Origin: Enterobacteria phage KhF2
Direction: 5' to 3' (one strand)
DNA: 64,000 nucleotides
Sequence record: KT184314.1
Below, in pieces: positions 25,614 through 34,559 of this stretch (the first letter of the stretch is position 1; each line of letters begins with the position of its first letter). A program made the position numbers and the translations under genes. A model generated the notes under the pieces. The model was not told the origin of the DNA. It saw only the letters and a list, made by a program, of their open reading frames with translations, and searched no databases.

Positions 25614-25854
25614 ACGTTAGTACCTCTTTTGTGTGCTTATTCTTAGCAAGCACATCTTTCAAATCATTTTTGTAATTGGTGCTGAGTGTGGCTAAACCTT
25701 CCTGATAAGCATCTTTGGCAACACTTATTAGTTTCTCATTATTTAGCTCAGTTTCAGCAACTTGGTAGTCTCTGTAAGAGTATCCTCCCCAGACACCTGT
25801 CCCAACTAAGAAAACAATTATGAAAGTAGCTTGACAGAACTCTTTAAATGTCAT
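25507..25854 (-). CDS. putative i-spanin (N-terminal TM helix, charged helical periplasmic domain)
   Basis: TM segment FIIVFLVGTGVWGGYSY followed by a Glu/Lys-rich region; architecture only. Confidence 0.45.
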   Translation of the reverse strand: MTFKEFCQATFIIVFLVGTGVWGGYSYRDYQVAETELNNEKLISVAKDAYQEGLATLSTNYKNDLKDVLAKNKHTKEVLTYEKTKPEFYNVCVTDNYVRVFNEQSEQYIQKLPSK

Positions 25855-25871
25855 TTAACAATCTCCTGAAA

Positions 25872-25899
25872 TGAAAAAGGCTCCCGAAGGAGCCTGTAT
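25872..25899 (-). terminator. rho-independent terminator
   Basis: Minus-strand GGCTCCTTCGGGAGCC followed by TTTTTCATTT. Confidence 0.6.
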
Positions 25900-25906
25900 C
25901 TTAACC

Positions 25907-26386
25907 TTAACCGAGGACTTTAGCAAGGATATTCGCAGCCATCGAAGAAGCTTTTGCAGCAGCAACTACGCCAGCTTTGACAGTGCTATCCTTAATAGCA
26001 GATACCGTTGCAGCATCAGTAAAGAGATAAGTGATTGTTTTGGAACCACTTGTAAAGGAAAGCATAAGGGTAGTTTCCAGATTGAAAGAGCGATACGGAG
26101 CACCTTCTTTAACGATACCTTCAGCACCTAACTCTGAAGCCTTACCCATATCATAGATAGTCATCAGGTTTTCTTTGTGTGCAGTCGTTGAACCAACACC
26201 TTTTACGTGCTTCTTAACGTTCAACAATGCACGATATTCACGAATGCTGCCATCAGCTTTTACATTAACAGCACGGAAAATTTTACCTTCAAAGTTACCT
26301 TGAATCATTTTACGAACTACTTCAGATTTGTTTGCCGTATCGTCCAGTGCTACCGTAATGATATTGTTCATAAGTTCTTCTCTCAA
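25907..26386 (-). CDS. hypothetical protein
   Basis: ORF track. Confidence 0.5.
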   Translation of the reverse strand: MREELMNNIITVALDDTANKSEVVRKMIQGNFEGKIFRAVNVKADGSIREYRALLNVKKHVKGVGSTTAHKENLMTIYDMGKASELGAEGIVKEGAPYRSFNLETTLMLSFTSGSKTITYLFTDAATVSAIKDSTVKAGVVAAAKASSMAANILAKVLG

Positions 26387-27078
26387 TGTTTAACTAACAT
26401 GGTTTTAATGTGTGGAAGGATTCTGTTTACCTTCTGAACATTCTTCTCTGTATCTTCTATAAAGCATACTATATTAAAGTAAGGAAGAATGCAAGACTGA
26501 ATCATCCTCACTTTCAAACTTTCTGCACTTATAGAGTTAGTTCCAAAACCACGCATAAAAAGCAAGTAATCATGCTCTATATTGTGCCTTAAAAACATCT
26601 CAGTAGGTATTCTCTGAGATTCACCTCTTGCTGTCAAGAGTCCAACTGCTGCATGATTTGCAATTGCATCAATAATGTTGAAAACATATGTTGGTTTTGC
26701 TCTTACAGAATCAAGAAGATTAGTGTACTGTGAGAATGACCCATCAGTCAATTCCGTTGAGCAATCTTCGTGATTAAAATTTGTAAGAACACCATCAATA
26801 TCTGCTAAGATGAGGTTACCTTTTTCTACAAGGTCTTTATTGACTATCACTAAGCTATCACGCCTTACACCTATAGTTTGTCCAGTCTCTTTGTCCACAA
26901 CGTTCACAATGGGTTCTGATGTGTGGAACTCTTCAAGTGAACATACAACCTCTCTTGCAGTATCTTCAAAATCCCTGCACTGTTCTGGAGTCCATACACA
27001 GGAATCAAGACCTAACTCATGAGGGTGCAAGTCGTAAGCATGGCACAGTACTTCATCAGACTTTCTTAATTTTTTCAT
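26383..27078 (-). CDS. HAD-superfamily phosphatase-like protein (possible nucleotidase)
   Basis: Motif ILADIDGVLTNF resembles HAD motif I (DxDG[TV]); assignment by motif only. Confidence 0.45.
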   Translation of the reverse strand: MKKLRKSDEVLCHAYDLHPHELGLDSCVWTPEQCRDFEDTAREVVCSLEEFHTSEPIVNVVDKETGQTIGVRRDSLVIVNKDLVEKGNLILADIDGVLTNFNHEDCSTELTDGSFSQYTNLLDSVRAKPTYVFNIIDAIANHAAVGLLTARGESQRIPTEMFLRHNIEHDYLLFMRGFGTNSISAESLKVRMIQSCILPYFNIVCFIEDTEKNVQKVNRILPHIKTMLVKH

Positions 27079-27604
27079 GGTTTACCTTAGAAATGTTTGT
27101 TGCAAATTCACATTGAGCAATAACTTTCATGTTGTTATAGACATCTTGAGAATATTTCTTAGCTTTAGGGATTCTGTACGAATACCCAGCATTATATGAT
27201 GCTAAAACTTTTTGTAAAGTCTTCTTTGACTTTGGCTGACCATGCACCTTTGTCCAAAACTCAAGCTCTTTGTGAGTTTCCTTCGCAGCATAGTCAAAGT
27301 CTTTTAAGAGTTTCTTTTTAGCCACATTAGGACTAATTTTGTTACGCTTTACAACAGTCTTCAAGTGATTCTGGAAAATACCATAATCATGTGTCTTTTT
27401 ATTCTCTACCTTCAGACCTAACTCTGACTCTTGTAAGGCTATAGCAGCTAGAGTGATACCCCAACCTTTACCCATGTTATTCTCACCATACTGGTAAGCT
27501 TTTAACATGTTTACTTTTTGGCTAATTGATAGCTCTGGGCAGTCAACTGCATAAGATAAGTGTGCTGTAAACATTAAGCACAAACCTAGAATCAATTTCT
27601 TCAT
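27056..27604 (-). CDS. secreted lytic-transglycosylase-like protein
   Basis: Signal peptide MKKLILGLCLMFTAHLSYA; motif AAIALQESELG resembles the SLT catalytic Glu-Ser region. Confidence 0.4.
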   Translation of the reverse strand: MKKLILGLCLMFTAHLSYAVDCPELSISQKVNMLKAYQYGENNMGKGWGITLAAIALQESELGLKVENKKTHDYGIFQNHLKTVVKRNKISPNVAKKKLLKDFDYAAKETHKELEFWTKVHGQPKSKKTLQKVLASYNAGYSYRIPKAKKYSQDVYNNMKVIAQCEFATNISKVNHEKIKKV

Positions 27605-27662
27605 TGGTTCTCCTGTTTAGTTTATCGTGACAACAATTATACAGTACTCTGCACAAAATACA

Positions 27663-27690
27663 AATAAAAAAGGCCGCCGAAGCAGCCTTT
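27663..27690 (-). terminator. rho-independent terminator
   Basis: Minus-strand GGCTGCTTCGGCGGCC followed by TTTTTTATTT. Confidence 0.6.
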
Positions 27691-27704
27691 TAAGAAATTA
27701 CTTA

Positions 27705-28814
27705 TTAGATTTCACGTTTACGCTGAGAGATAAGTTCACCAGCAGTGCCAACGATGACATGCAGAGCTTCAGTCTTGCCATCCCACGCTTTCAGTACCTT
27801 ACGTTGATTATCAACGATTGCTGCAACTTCATAACGAGACGAGCGCATCTTCATATCATTGTAATCAGTTGGAACAGATACAACATCTCGTGGATGGACA
27901 CGAACCTTCAGAATTGTATCGCCTGAGAAGCAACGAACATAATCCCAAGCACCAACGTGAAGACCTTGAGAGCAAGTCACGTTACGGTTATTATCAACCA
28001 TCCAACGTGGCATTTCTACAACGTTACCCAAATCATTAGGTACTTTGTAGGTGTGGGAGTCAACCAGCTTGCCTTCACGAGTGGATACTTTCTTCCAACC
28101 AATGATGTAGCCTTCCTCATCAATTTCGACATCAAGGTGAGATACGAAGCCCCAAAGTTGTTCTACAGAGTCTTTAGATGGGTTTTCCATCAGTTTTTCG
28201 AAGAACATCACAAGGCGTTCAAAGCCTTTGTCTCCAGTCTTCATCATGTGAAGAATACGGTCAACCAGAGTAGAACGCATCTCAACAGCACCGTAGAATA
28301 GCTTGTCGCCTTTGATTGTGATAGCACCCTGAGTGAAGTTTTCGATAGACTTACGAATGTTCATCAGTTCAAATGCTTTCTTGAACTCACCTTTCACAAC
28401 ATGAACTACAATCTCTTGATAGTTCGGATGAGTAGACTCAACAATTTCAGATTCTGAACCATAAGTCATAATTACAGAATCACCAGTAATCATGTACTCA
28501 ATCTTGTCATCTTTCTGCATAGCTTCGTGCAGTTTATTTACTGGAGCTTTCTGTACAGCGTCTTTAACTACCTTTTCAACTGGTTTTCCATCTTTCTTCT
28601 TAAAGGTCTTAGCAACTTGTTTCAAAGTCTTCGTAGCTGGTGTAGAAGTTGCCTTCTTATTCCCTTTTAAGGTTGCTTCATGACGCTCTACAGCACGACC
28701 GACTGAACGGGTTGAAGTATTAAATTTCTGTGCAATAGCTGTTTTAGTCAGCTTACCTTCTTTAACCAGTTTGTAAATTTCTGCGTCAATCTGTGCTTTA
28801 GTTTTAGTAGTCAT
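27705..28814 (-). CDS. rIIB: rIIB-like protein
   Basis: Directly downstream of the rIIA-like gene, similar size class; assignment by synteny, not motif. Confidence 0.4.
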   Translation of the reverse strand: MTTKTKAQIDAEIYKLVKEGKLTKTAIAQKFNTSTRSVGRAVERHEATLKGNKKATSTPATKTLKQVAKTFKKKDGKPVEKVVKDAVQKAPVNKLHEAMQKDDKIEYMITGDSVIMTYGSESEIVESTHPNYQEIVVHVVKGEFKKAFELMNIRKSIENFTQGAITIKGDKLFYGAVEMRSTLVDRILHMMKTGDKGFERLVMFFEKLMENPSKDSVEQLWGFVSHLDVEIDEEGYIIGWKKVSTREGKLVDSHTYKVPNDLGNVVEMPRWMVDNNRNVTCSQGLHVGAWDYVRCFSGDTILKVRVHPRDVVSVPTDYNDMKMRSSRYEVAAIVDNQRKVLKAWDGKTEALHVIVGTAGELISQRKREI

Positions 28815-28857
28815 CTTATTACTCTCTCTTGTTAGTTAATAAATCATTTTGTGATGC

Positions 28858-28893
28858 TATTTTAAGGGGCTTTGAAGCCCCTTGTCAAACACT
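28858..28893 (-). promoter_or_regulatory. sigma70-like promoter with a hairpin in the spacer
   Basis: Minus-strand TTGACA - AGGGGCTTCAAAGCCCC (17 nt) - TTAAAAT upstream of the rIIB-like start. Confidence 0.45.
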
Positions 28894-31260
28894 TTAATCG
28901 TAAATTGTAGTCCCTTCTGGAACACATTTTACATCAAAACCTAAGAACTTACTCACTTCGATGGGTGACACTTTATTCCAATCTAAATGAGAAAGCAAGA
29001 AGTTTTCTTGTTTTCTTTTTGAAAGATAGTTTGTCACCTTAATAACCATACGGTCACCAGCTTTCTTAATTTTCTTGTAAAGCTTTGTATCGTTGTCAAG
29101 GCAGTCTTTCAAAGTTTTCAATACACTAATGGTATAAGTGTATGCAAATGGTGCAGCAACGTATTGGATTTTACCGAACATTGCCTCTACAGCCTCTTCA
29201 TTTCCTTCTAGGAAGATAGTTTTGTTTGTATCCCTTGAATAACAATACCCGCGAGAAATCTTCCTGTTATTAAACGTAAAGTTTCTGGCAATAATCCAAC
29301 TGCTTGTAAGGTCAAGGACACCATTCATATAGATACGCGTCATATATCTGTTATGGTTAATCCAGTGAACATCAGTTAAGCTGTCGTTCAAGAGTTTCTC
29401 ATCTACTTCAATCCAATCTTCTGGTATCTTTTTCCAATTTGCTTTTCGGAAAACATAGACTGTCTTACCTGTAACATTAGCAACTGACTTAGCTACATCT
29501 TCTGGAGATGAGCAAAAACATTCACCATCAACTGTGTCACCGATTGCCTTAATGTAAAGCTGAGGTTCTTCAATTGTGTCTAAGTCCTCTGACACCTCTT
29601 TGTAGGAGGCTACACCTTCTGCTGGAACAGCTTTCCAGAGTTTTACAACACCTCTTACAGCTTCTTTACGTTGGTAATGGTGTTCCTTATCAGACATTTT
29701 CACAATCTTTAACAAGCTTTTATCAAGTTTGTGCAGATTGATTAAGTCATCTAACTCTTTTTCAGTCGAGAATACAAAGACAATACCATTGTATCTGTGA
29801 AACAGACTTGACTCACTGGCATAGTCTCGACATGCACCACGCAAGATTTGGTTGCGTCCTACAGTCTTCTCAGTACCATTTTTATTGCGACGGTCATTTA
29901 TAACAAACAAAAACTGTTCAATTTGGCTTTTACGCATTGCGCCAAAGATATTGAACATACTTGCCTCTTGAGTGTAGGAAAGTGCTGTTGCACGAATCTT
30001 ACTCTCTAAAGAGTTGAACTTGACATAAGCAACTGGGTCATAAAGATAATCTACTTTAGGGATGTTGTTTCCGTTCCTATCAACCTTAATATTACCTTTA
30101 CCGTCACGTTCATAAATGACTGAGCCGTCTTCTGCGTAGATAATTCCACGACGAATGTTTAGTAATTCTTCTTCCAGAGAATCAAGCTTAACGCCTCCCC
30201 ACTCTAACTTTGGACACACAGCATTAAACATCTCTCGTGAGTTCAAACGTAACTCAGCATAAGCCTGTGCAGCATCCATGAGTGTAGGTTGACTGTTAAC
30301 TTTCTTGATAACATCCTTTGTAATTGCTTCAGTTATCTTTTTAGTAGCCTCAATGATAACATTTTTTGTCGTGTCATTCATCTGCAATGCTTCACGAGAA
30401 GCTGCAATAGCGACTGAACCAATAGGCATGTAGATGTTTACAAGGTCTACGCTCCTACGGAAAAATTCTGGCAATACTTTGAAGAAATCATCACCAAGTA
30501 ATGCTTCCATGTTAACAGGGTAGGCAATGTTACCCATCACCACATTAAACTCTGTCCTGTTATCACTAGAACGCCAGCTGTGCTTATGAATCATGGCATC
30601 ATAAACACCTTCTTCACGGGCAATGACGTTCATATCTGCTAATACATCGTCGTACTCAATATTACTTTCTGGTTTTACAGTGAAGTATGAGTACACATTC
30701 CCAGCTTCTTCAAAGAACTTTGAGATACGGTGGTCAGCAACCGCCACACGTACAGCTAAACCATTAGGTTCTTTTGTTGGGTTAGTTGTCAGCTTAGTTA
30801 CTTGAGGGATACCATTCTCAAGATAAACAGAGTACTTATTAACAACACCATCAACATAGCTAGATACTGTGAATGACTGAGCAATTGCAAATGGTGACTT
30901 TGAGCCGATACCCATTGCACCAATGTAGTCATTAGAGTCATTCTTCGTAGAAGCTCCATAGTTTAGGTACAAACTCATAACTTTATCATGAGTCAATCCA
31001 GTTCCAAAATCACGAACTTCGAAGTAAGGCTCAAAACGAGTAGGTAAATGCACATGGAACGGGATGTTCTCTTTTCCAGCCTCTTTCTGAGCATCTACTG
31101 CGTTACATGACAGTTCACGAATCACTGCCCTTTCTTTAAAGGTATATACACCAGAACTCAAAAGGCTGAACATCTCAGGTGTCATTGTAATCTGTGCTTG
31201 AGACGTCTCTAAAGAAGTTGAACTCTTAATCACTTCTGCGTGGTCGTTTACCATGCGCAT
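28894..31260 (-). CDS. rIIA: rIIA-like protein with N-terminal GHKL (Bergerat-fold) ATPase motifs
   Basis: Motifs VIRELSCNAVDA, RDFGTGL and GAMGIGSKSPF correspond to the N, G1 and G2 boxes of GHKL ATPases as found in T4 rIIA; 788 aa. Confidence 0.6.
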   Translation of the reverse strand: MRMVNDHAEVIKSSTSLETSQAQITMTPEMFSLLSSGVYTFKERAVIRELSCNAVDAQKEAGKENIPFHVHLPTRFEPYFEVRDFGTGLTHDKVMSLYLNYGASTKNDSNDYIGAMGIGSKSPFAIAQSFTVSSYVDGVVNKYSVYLENGIPQVTKLTTNPTKEPNGLAVRVAVADHRISKFFEEAGNVYSYFTVKPESNIEYDDVLADMNVIAREEGVYDAMIHKHSWRSSDNRTEFNVVMGNIAYPVNMEALLGDDFFKVLPEFFRRSVDLVNIYMPIGSVAIAASREALQMNDTTKNVIIEATKKITEAITKDVIKKVNSQPTLMDAAQAYAELRLNSREMFNAVCPKLEWGGVKLDSLEEELLNIRRGIIYAEDGSVIYERDGKGNIKVDRNGNNIPKVDYLYDPVAYVKFNSLESKIRATALSYTQEASMFNIFGAMRKSQIEQFLFVINDRRNKNGTEKTVGRNQILRGACRDYASESSLFHRYNGIVFVFSTEKELDDLINLHKLDKSLLKIVKMSDKEHHYQRKEAVRGVVKLWKAVPAEGVASYKEVSEDLDTIEEPQLYIKAIGDTVDGECFCSSPEDVAKSVANVTGKTVYVFRKANWKKIPEDWIEVDEKLLNDSLTDVHWINHNRYMTRIYMNGVLDLTSSWIIARNFTFNNRKISRGYCYSRDTNKTIFLEGNEEAVEAMFGKIQYVAAPFAYTYTISVLKTLKDCLDNDTKLYKKIKKAGDRMVIKVTNYLSKRKQENFLLSHLDWNKVSPIEVSKFLGFDVKCVPEGTTIYD

Positions 31261-31288
31261 AATACTTTCCTCTTAGTTTACTGTTAAA

Positions 31289-31465
31289 TTACTTGTTAAA
31301 CATTTTACCAGAACCACCACACATAGGGCAACAACCTGCTCTTGTATAACCTTCCCCATTACAGTAGTCACATTTTTTGTGCTCTGCATAGTACTTACAA
31401 AGAAGGTAAACAAACACTGCTACGCCACCAAGTGACAGTAAAATTTCTATCCAATATGCTTGCAT
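31289..31465 (-). CDS. small membrane-anchored protein with DnaJ-type zinc finger (58 aa, below the ORF-track cutoff)
   Basis: Hand translation MQAYWIEILLSLGGVAVFVYLLCKYY...CDYCNGEGY...CPMCGGSG; two CxxCxGxG motifs. Confidence 0.4.
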   Translation of the reverse strand: MQAYWIEILLSLGGVAVFVYLLCKYYAEHKKCDYCNGEGYTRAGCCPMCGGSGKMFNK

Positions 31466-31782
31466 GACTCACCTCTCATATTCTTGTAAAGGATAAAGCT
31501 TCTGTCATGGACGATACTTGTAGATACTGCAAAGTTACTTTCAAGCATCTGTTTATTTGGATTGTAGAAGCTTTCTTTAAACTCGTCAAGTGCAAATTGG
31601 TGATTGTCTGGAAGACCTTTTACACAGACCTTTATTGTGATTGCTGCTGCAATCTTACCAGTCAGTTCTTCTTTAGCTGCTACTAAAATTTTGTTAAGGA
31701 ACTTATGACCATTTTCAGGTTTCTTGATGTTCTCCCAACGTTCCTCTAAGACGATGTTGATGTTCATCTCTTTGATTTTCAT
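31447..31782 (-). CDS. hypothetical protein
   Basis: ORF track. Confidence 0.45.
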   Translation of the reverse strand: MKIKEMNINIVLEERWENIKKPENGHKFLNKILVAAKEELTGKIAAAITIKVCVKGLPDNHQFALDEFKESFYNPNKQMLESNFAVSTSIVHDRSFILYKNMRGESCKHIG

Positions 31783-31802
31783 AATCTTCTCCAGAAATTA
31801 AA

Positions 31803-31828
31803 AAGGCTCCCGTAGGAGCCTCTTATCA
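31803..31828 (-). terminator. rho-independent terminator
   Basis: Minus-strand GGCTCCTACGGGAGCC followed by TTTTTAATTT. Confidence 0.6.
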
Positions 31829-31835
31829 TATACTT

Positions 31836-33617
31836 TTAAAGCTGCTTGTCAATATTATTTCGAATATCACCAAGAGTTGTGTATCCGAACTGCTCAGAGT
31901 CACTAAAGACTAGACGTAAAGCACAAGCTGGATGTTCAAGTGCATCTGCAAAGCTCTGGAACCCATAGCCATCTACAGCTTTCAGATTTTCACCATCCCA
32001 CATAGGTGCTACACCACCAAAAGCAGACTTCTTAACACCACTATCTGTTTTAGGGTCTTTTGCAAGCATAATCTCTTTACCACCAATGCTTGCAAGGGTT
32101 GCTTTGACAGCAAATGCAAAGGTGTCACGAGTCATGTACTGGTAAGTGTAAGAACCTACACCAAACACTACGTTAGAGCTTGCAAAACCCATTTCATACA
32201 AACGCTTCAGTATTTCATTTGCACGTTCCAACGTGATAGAGTCGCCATAAATAAGTCCAATATGCTCATCCAGTACCTTAAAACCTTTAGAGTTAATAGT
32301 TCCTCCAAAGATGTTATACAGTGTCTTGATAGCTCCATCAATCTCAGCTACAGGACGTGTTACAACGTTTGCAGAACCAACCATATAAGCATTTTTCAAC
32401 ATCACTGTATCAGCAACTTCAAAGTCTTCTCTGTCAACAACCATCTCGTAGCCTTCTGACAGTAGCCATCCAGCAATACCATAGTTGATGTTCTCAAGCT
32501 TCATGTTCAGAACAGCATTCAACATTGTGTCACTGGCTTCCAGCTTGCTTAGGTGCTCGTAATAAGCCTTCTTAGCACATTCTAAGTGGATTGCTTTATA
32601 ACCTGTGACAATATGTACAGGGTCTCCAGAGTCAGGGCGAATTACCAGTTTGCCATCACGTCCCATAATTTCTTTACGAAGTGCTGGTAAGATTTCTGAC
32701 ACAGTTCTCCAGAAGTTATAAGTATCTGAAACAATGCTTGCAATACCTGTTGGGTAAGTTTCTGTTAAGAAACGACGGAAGGTTTGTAACTCACCTTTAA
32801 AGCGTCTTTCTTCTTCAATCAACTCATTACCACCTTCCCAAGCAATGTTTGCACACATTACAGAGTGCTCAGTGGCTGGTACAGAACTACCAATATCAGA
32901 GATTGGGTAGGACTGTCCATAGATTCGTTTAGCCGTGTATACAGCAGGGAAGCTATCAGTCCCTTTAAAGCTGGTTAAGTGACCTACAGCGTTAAATGCG
33001 TCATCAGTAAAGCCGGACATACCACGCATAGCAAAATCATGGCACTGATAAGGTAAATGTAAGTCATTGTCACAAGTAAGGTCAGCCCACTTCTTACAGA
33101 TGCGTTTGTAATGCAATGCAATAGTTGCAATGGTGCAAGCCTTCCAAATTTCAGCAGAGAAAGCATCTTCCAGATAACCTGCTACCCAATGAAAACCTGA
33201 AACAGTGTTCTGAAAGACAATCATCGGGACACGCATTGGAACAACTGTGCCTTCTTCTACAGCGTATACTTCAACTGGTAGATAACCTAAGTCGTGAAGT
33301 GCTTCCCAATGCTCTCGACCGATAGCATCTTTACCCAGAACACCATTCATGACTTCTAAGATTTCATCAATGGCTTCTTTTTTATCACGTTCAAAGAAAG
33401 TGGCATTCCAGTGGTCTATCAAGTAATCTTTAACAAAACGTTGAATACCAAAAGCCACTACACCGTCAATTGCTAAGGGGCTGTTAAACCATTTGTCGCT
33501 ACGTGGTGTCAGATTGAACATCAAGTACTCTGTTGCGCTAGGATACTGGTAAACATGACCAGATTTGTAAGCATCTGCATTTAAACCTGCTGGTACTGCA
33601 TAAAGTGATTTAGTCAT
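31836..33617 (-). CDS. nicotinamide phosphoribosyltransferase (NAMPT/NadV)-like protein
   Basis: 593 aa; recalled similarity to the NadV/NAMPT family (not motif-verified); paired with a PRPP-synthetase-like gene. Confidence 0.6.
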   Translation of the reverse strand: MTKSLYAVPAGLNADAYKSGHVYQYPSATEYLMFNLTPRSDKWFNSPLAIDGVVAFGIQRFVKDYLIDHWNATFFERDKKEAIDEILEVMNGVLGKDAIGREHWEALHDLGYLPVEVYAVEEGTVVPMRVPMIVFQNTVSGFHWVAGYLEDAFSAEIWKACTIATIALHYKRICKKWADLTCDNDLHLPYQCHDFAMRGMSGFTDDAFNAVGHLTSFKGTDSFPAVYTAKRIYGQSYPISDIGSSVPATEHSVMCANIAWEGGNELIEEERRFKGELQTFRRFLTETYPTGIASIVSDTYNFWRTVSEILPALRKEIMGRDGKLVIRPDSGDPVHIVTGYKAIHLECAKKAYYEHLSKLEASDTMLNAVLNMKLENINYGIAGWLLSEGYEMVVDREDFEVADTVMLKNAYMVGSANVVTRPVAEIDGAIKTLYNIFGGTINSKGFKVLDEHIGLIYGDSITLERANEILKRLYEMGFASSNVVFGVGSYTYQYMTRDTFAFAVKATLASIGGKEIMLAKDPKTDSGVKKSAFGGVAPMWDGENLKAVDGYGFQSFADALEHPACALRLVFSDSEQFGYTTLGDIRNNIDKQL

Positions 33618-33662
33618 CTTTTAATCTCTCTCAAAATGGGGCTTGGAAGCCCCTATAAAGTT

Positions 33663-34559
33663 TTAATCAAGGTTTGCTACAGTAACTTGGCTATAATGTG
33701 TTAAGCCACGGTCTTTAGCTTCCCCTAAAGAGTTTGTAGTGTAGATATGGTCAATACCATTGTCAAGCAAGTTTTCAACATCTTTAGAGAAAATACCATG
33801 AGTTACATAGAGTTCCACACGTTTTGCACCTGCTTCACGAAGATGTTTGGCTGCTTCTATGAAGGTTCGACCTCCATCACAAATATCATCCAGAATCATG
33901 ACAGTTTTATCTGTCAAATCAACATCGTCAAGGATTCGCATACCAGTAATTTCACCAGTCTTAAGGTTACGCACCTTAGACATTGTGATGTATGGTTTAT
34001 CCACCTCTTTAGCAGTCTCTGCAATCTTCTTAGCAGCACCTGCATCTGGGGCTACTAAGTAATCAATCAGTGGGTCATTTGCGTAGTGAACTGCAATCTC
34101 CTTTTGAGGAATACTCTGGAAGCAGTTAAACAGGTTATCTGGAACGTAACTGTGAGGGTCAACTGCACAGACTGCACCAAATCCCATTGCATTTACCTGT
34201 TTAGCAAAAACCTTTAAAGCTGCTGCGTCGCCTTTAAACATGTGACGGTCATAACGTGCATTTGGTAAGTAGTAAAAGATGACAGTCTTTAAAGCATAAT
34301 CATGAGGAATTAAATCATCAATTGCTTCTTTAGCAAGTGCCACAGCAAACAATGTATCCTTATCATAACCTTTTACAATCATAATCACATTGTTGATGGA
34401 TGATGCTGCATAAGCAGTGAAATCAACAAACTCTGGCGAAAAGTGTCCACCAATCTCACCAGAAGGAAATTGGATGATGTTAAACTCTTCTTCATGAGTT
34501 CCTTTAGTTGGTGAATGAACTGTAACACGGATAGATGTTTTCATAGTTTTCTCTCTCAA
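33663..34559 (-). CDS. ribose-phosphate pyrophosphokinase (PRPP synthetase)-like protein
   Basis: PRPP-binding signature VMILDDICDGGRT; 298 aa. Confidence 0.6.
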   Translation of the reverse strand: MREKTMKTSIRVTVHSPTKGTHEEEFNIIQFPSGEIGGHFSPEFVDFTAYAASSINNVIMIVKGYDKDTLFAVALAKEAIDDLIPHDYALKTVIFYYLPNARYDRHMFKGDAAALKVFAKQVNAMGFGAVCAVDPHSYVPDNLFNCFQSIPQKEIAVHYANDPLIDYLVAPDAGAAKKIAETAKEVDKPYITMSKVRNLKTGEITGMRILDDVDLTDKTVMILDDICDGGRTFIEAAKHLREAGAKRVELYVTHGIFSKDVENLLDNGIDHIYTTNSLGEAKDRGLTHYSQVTVANLD

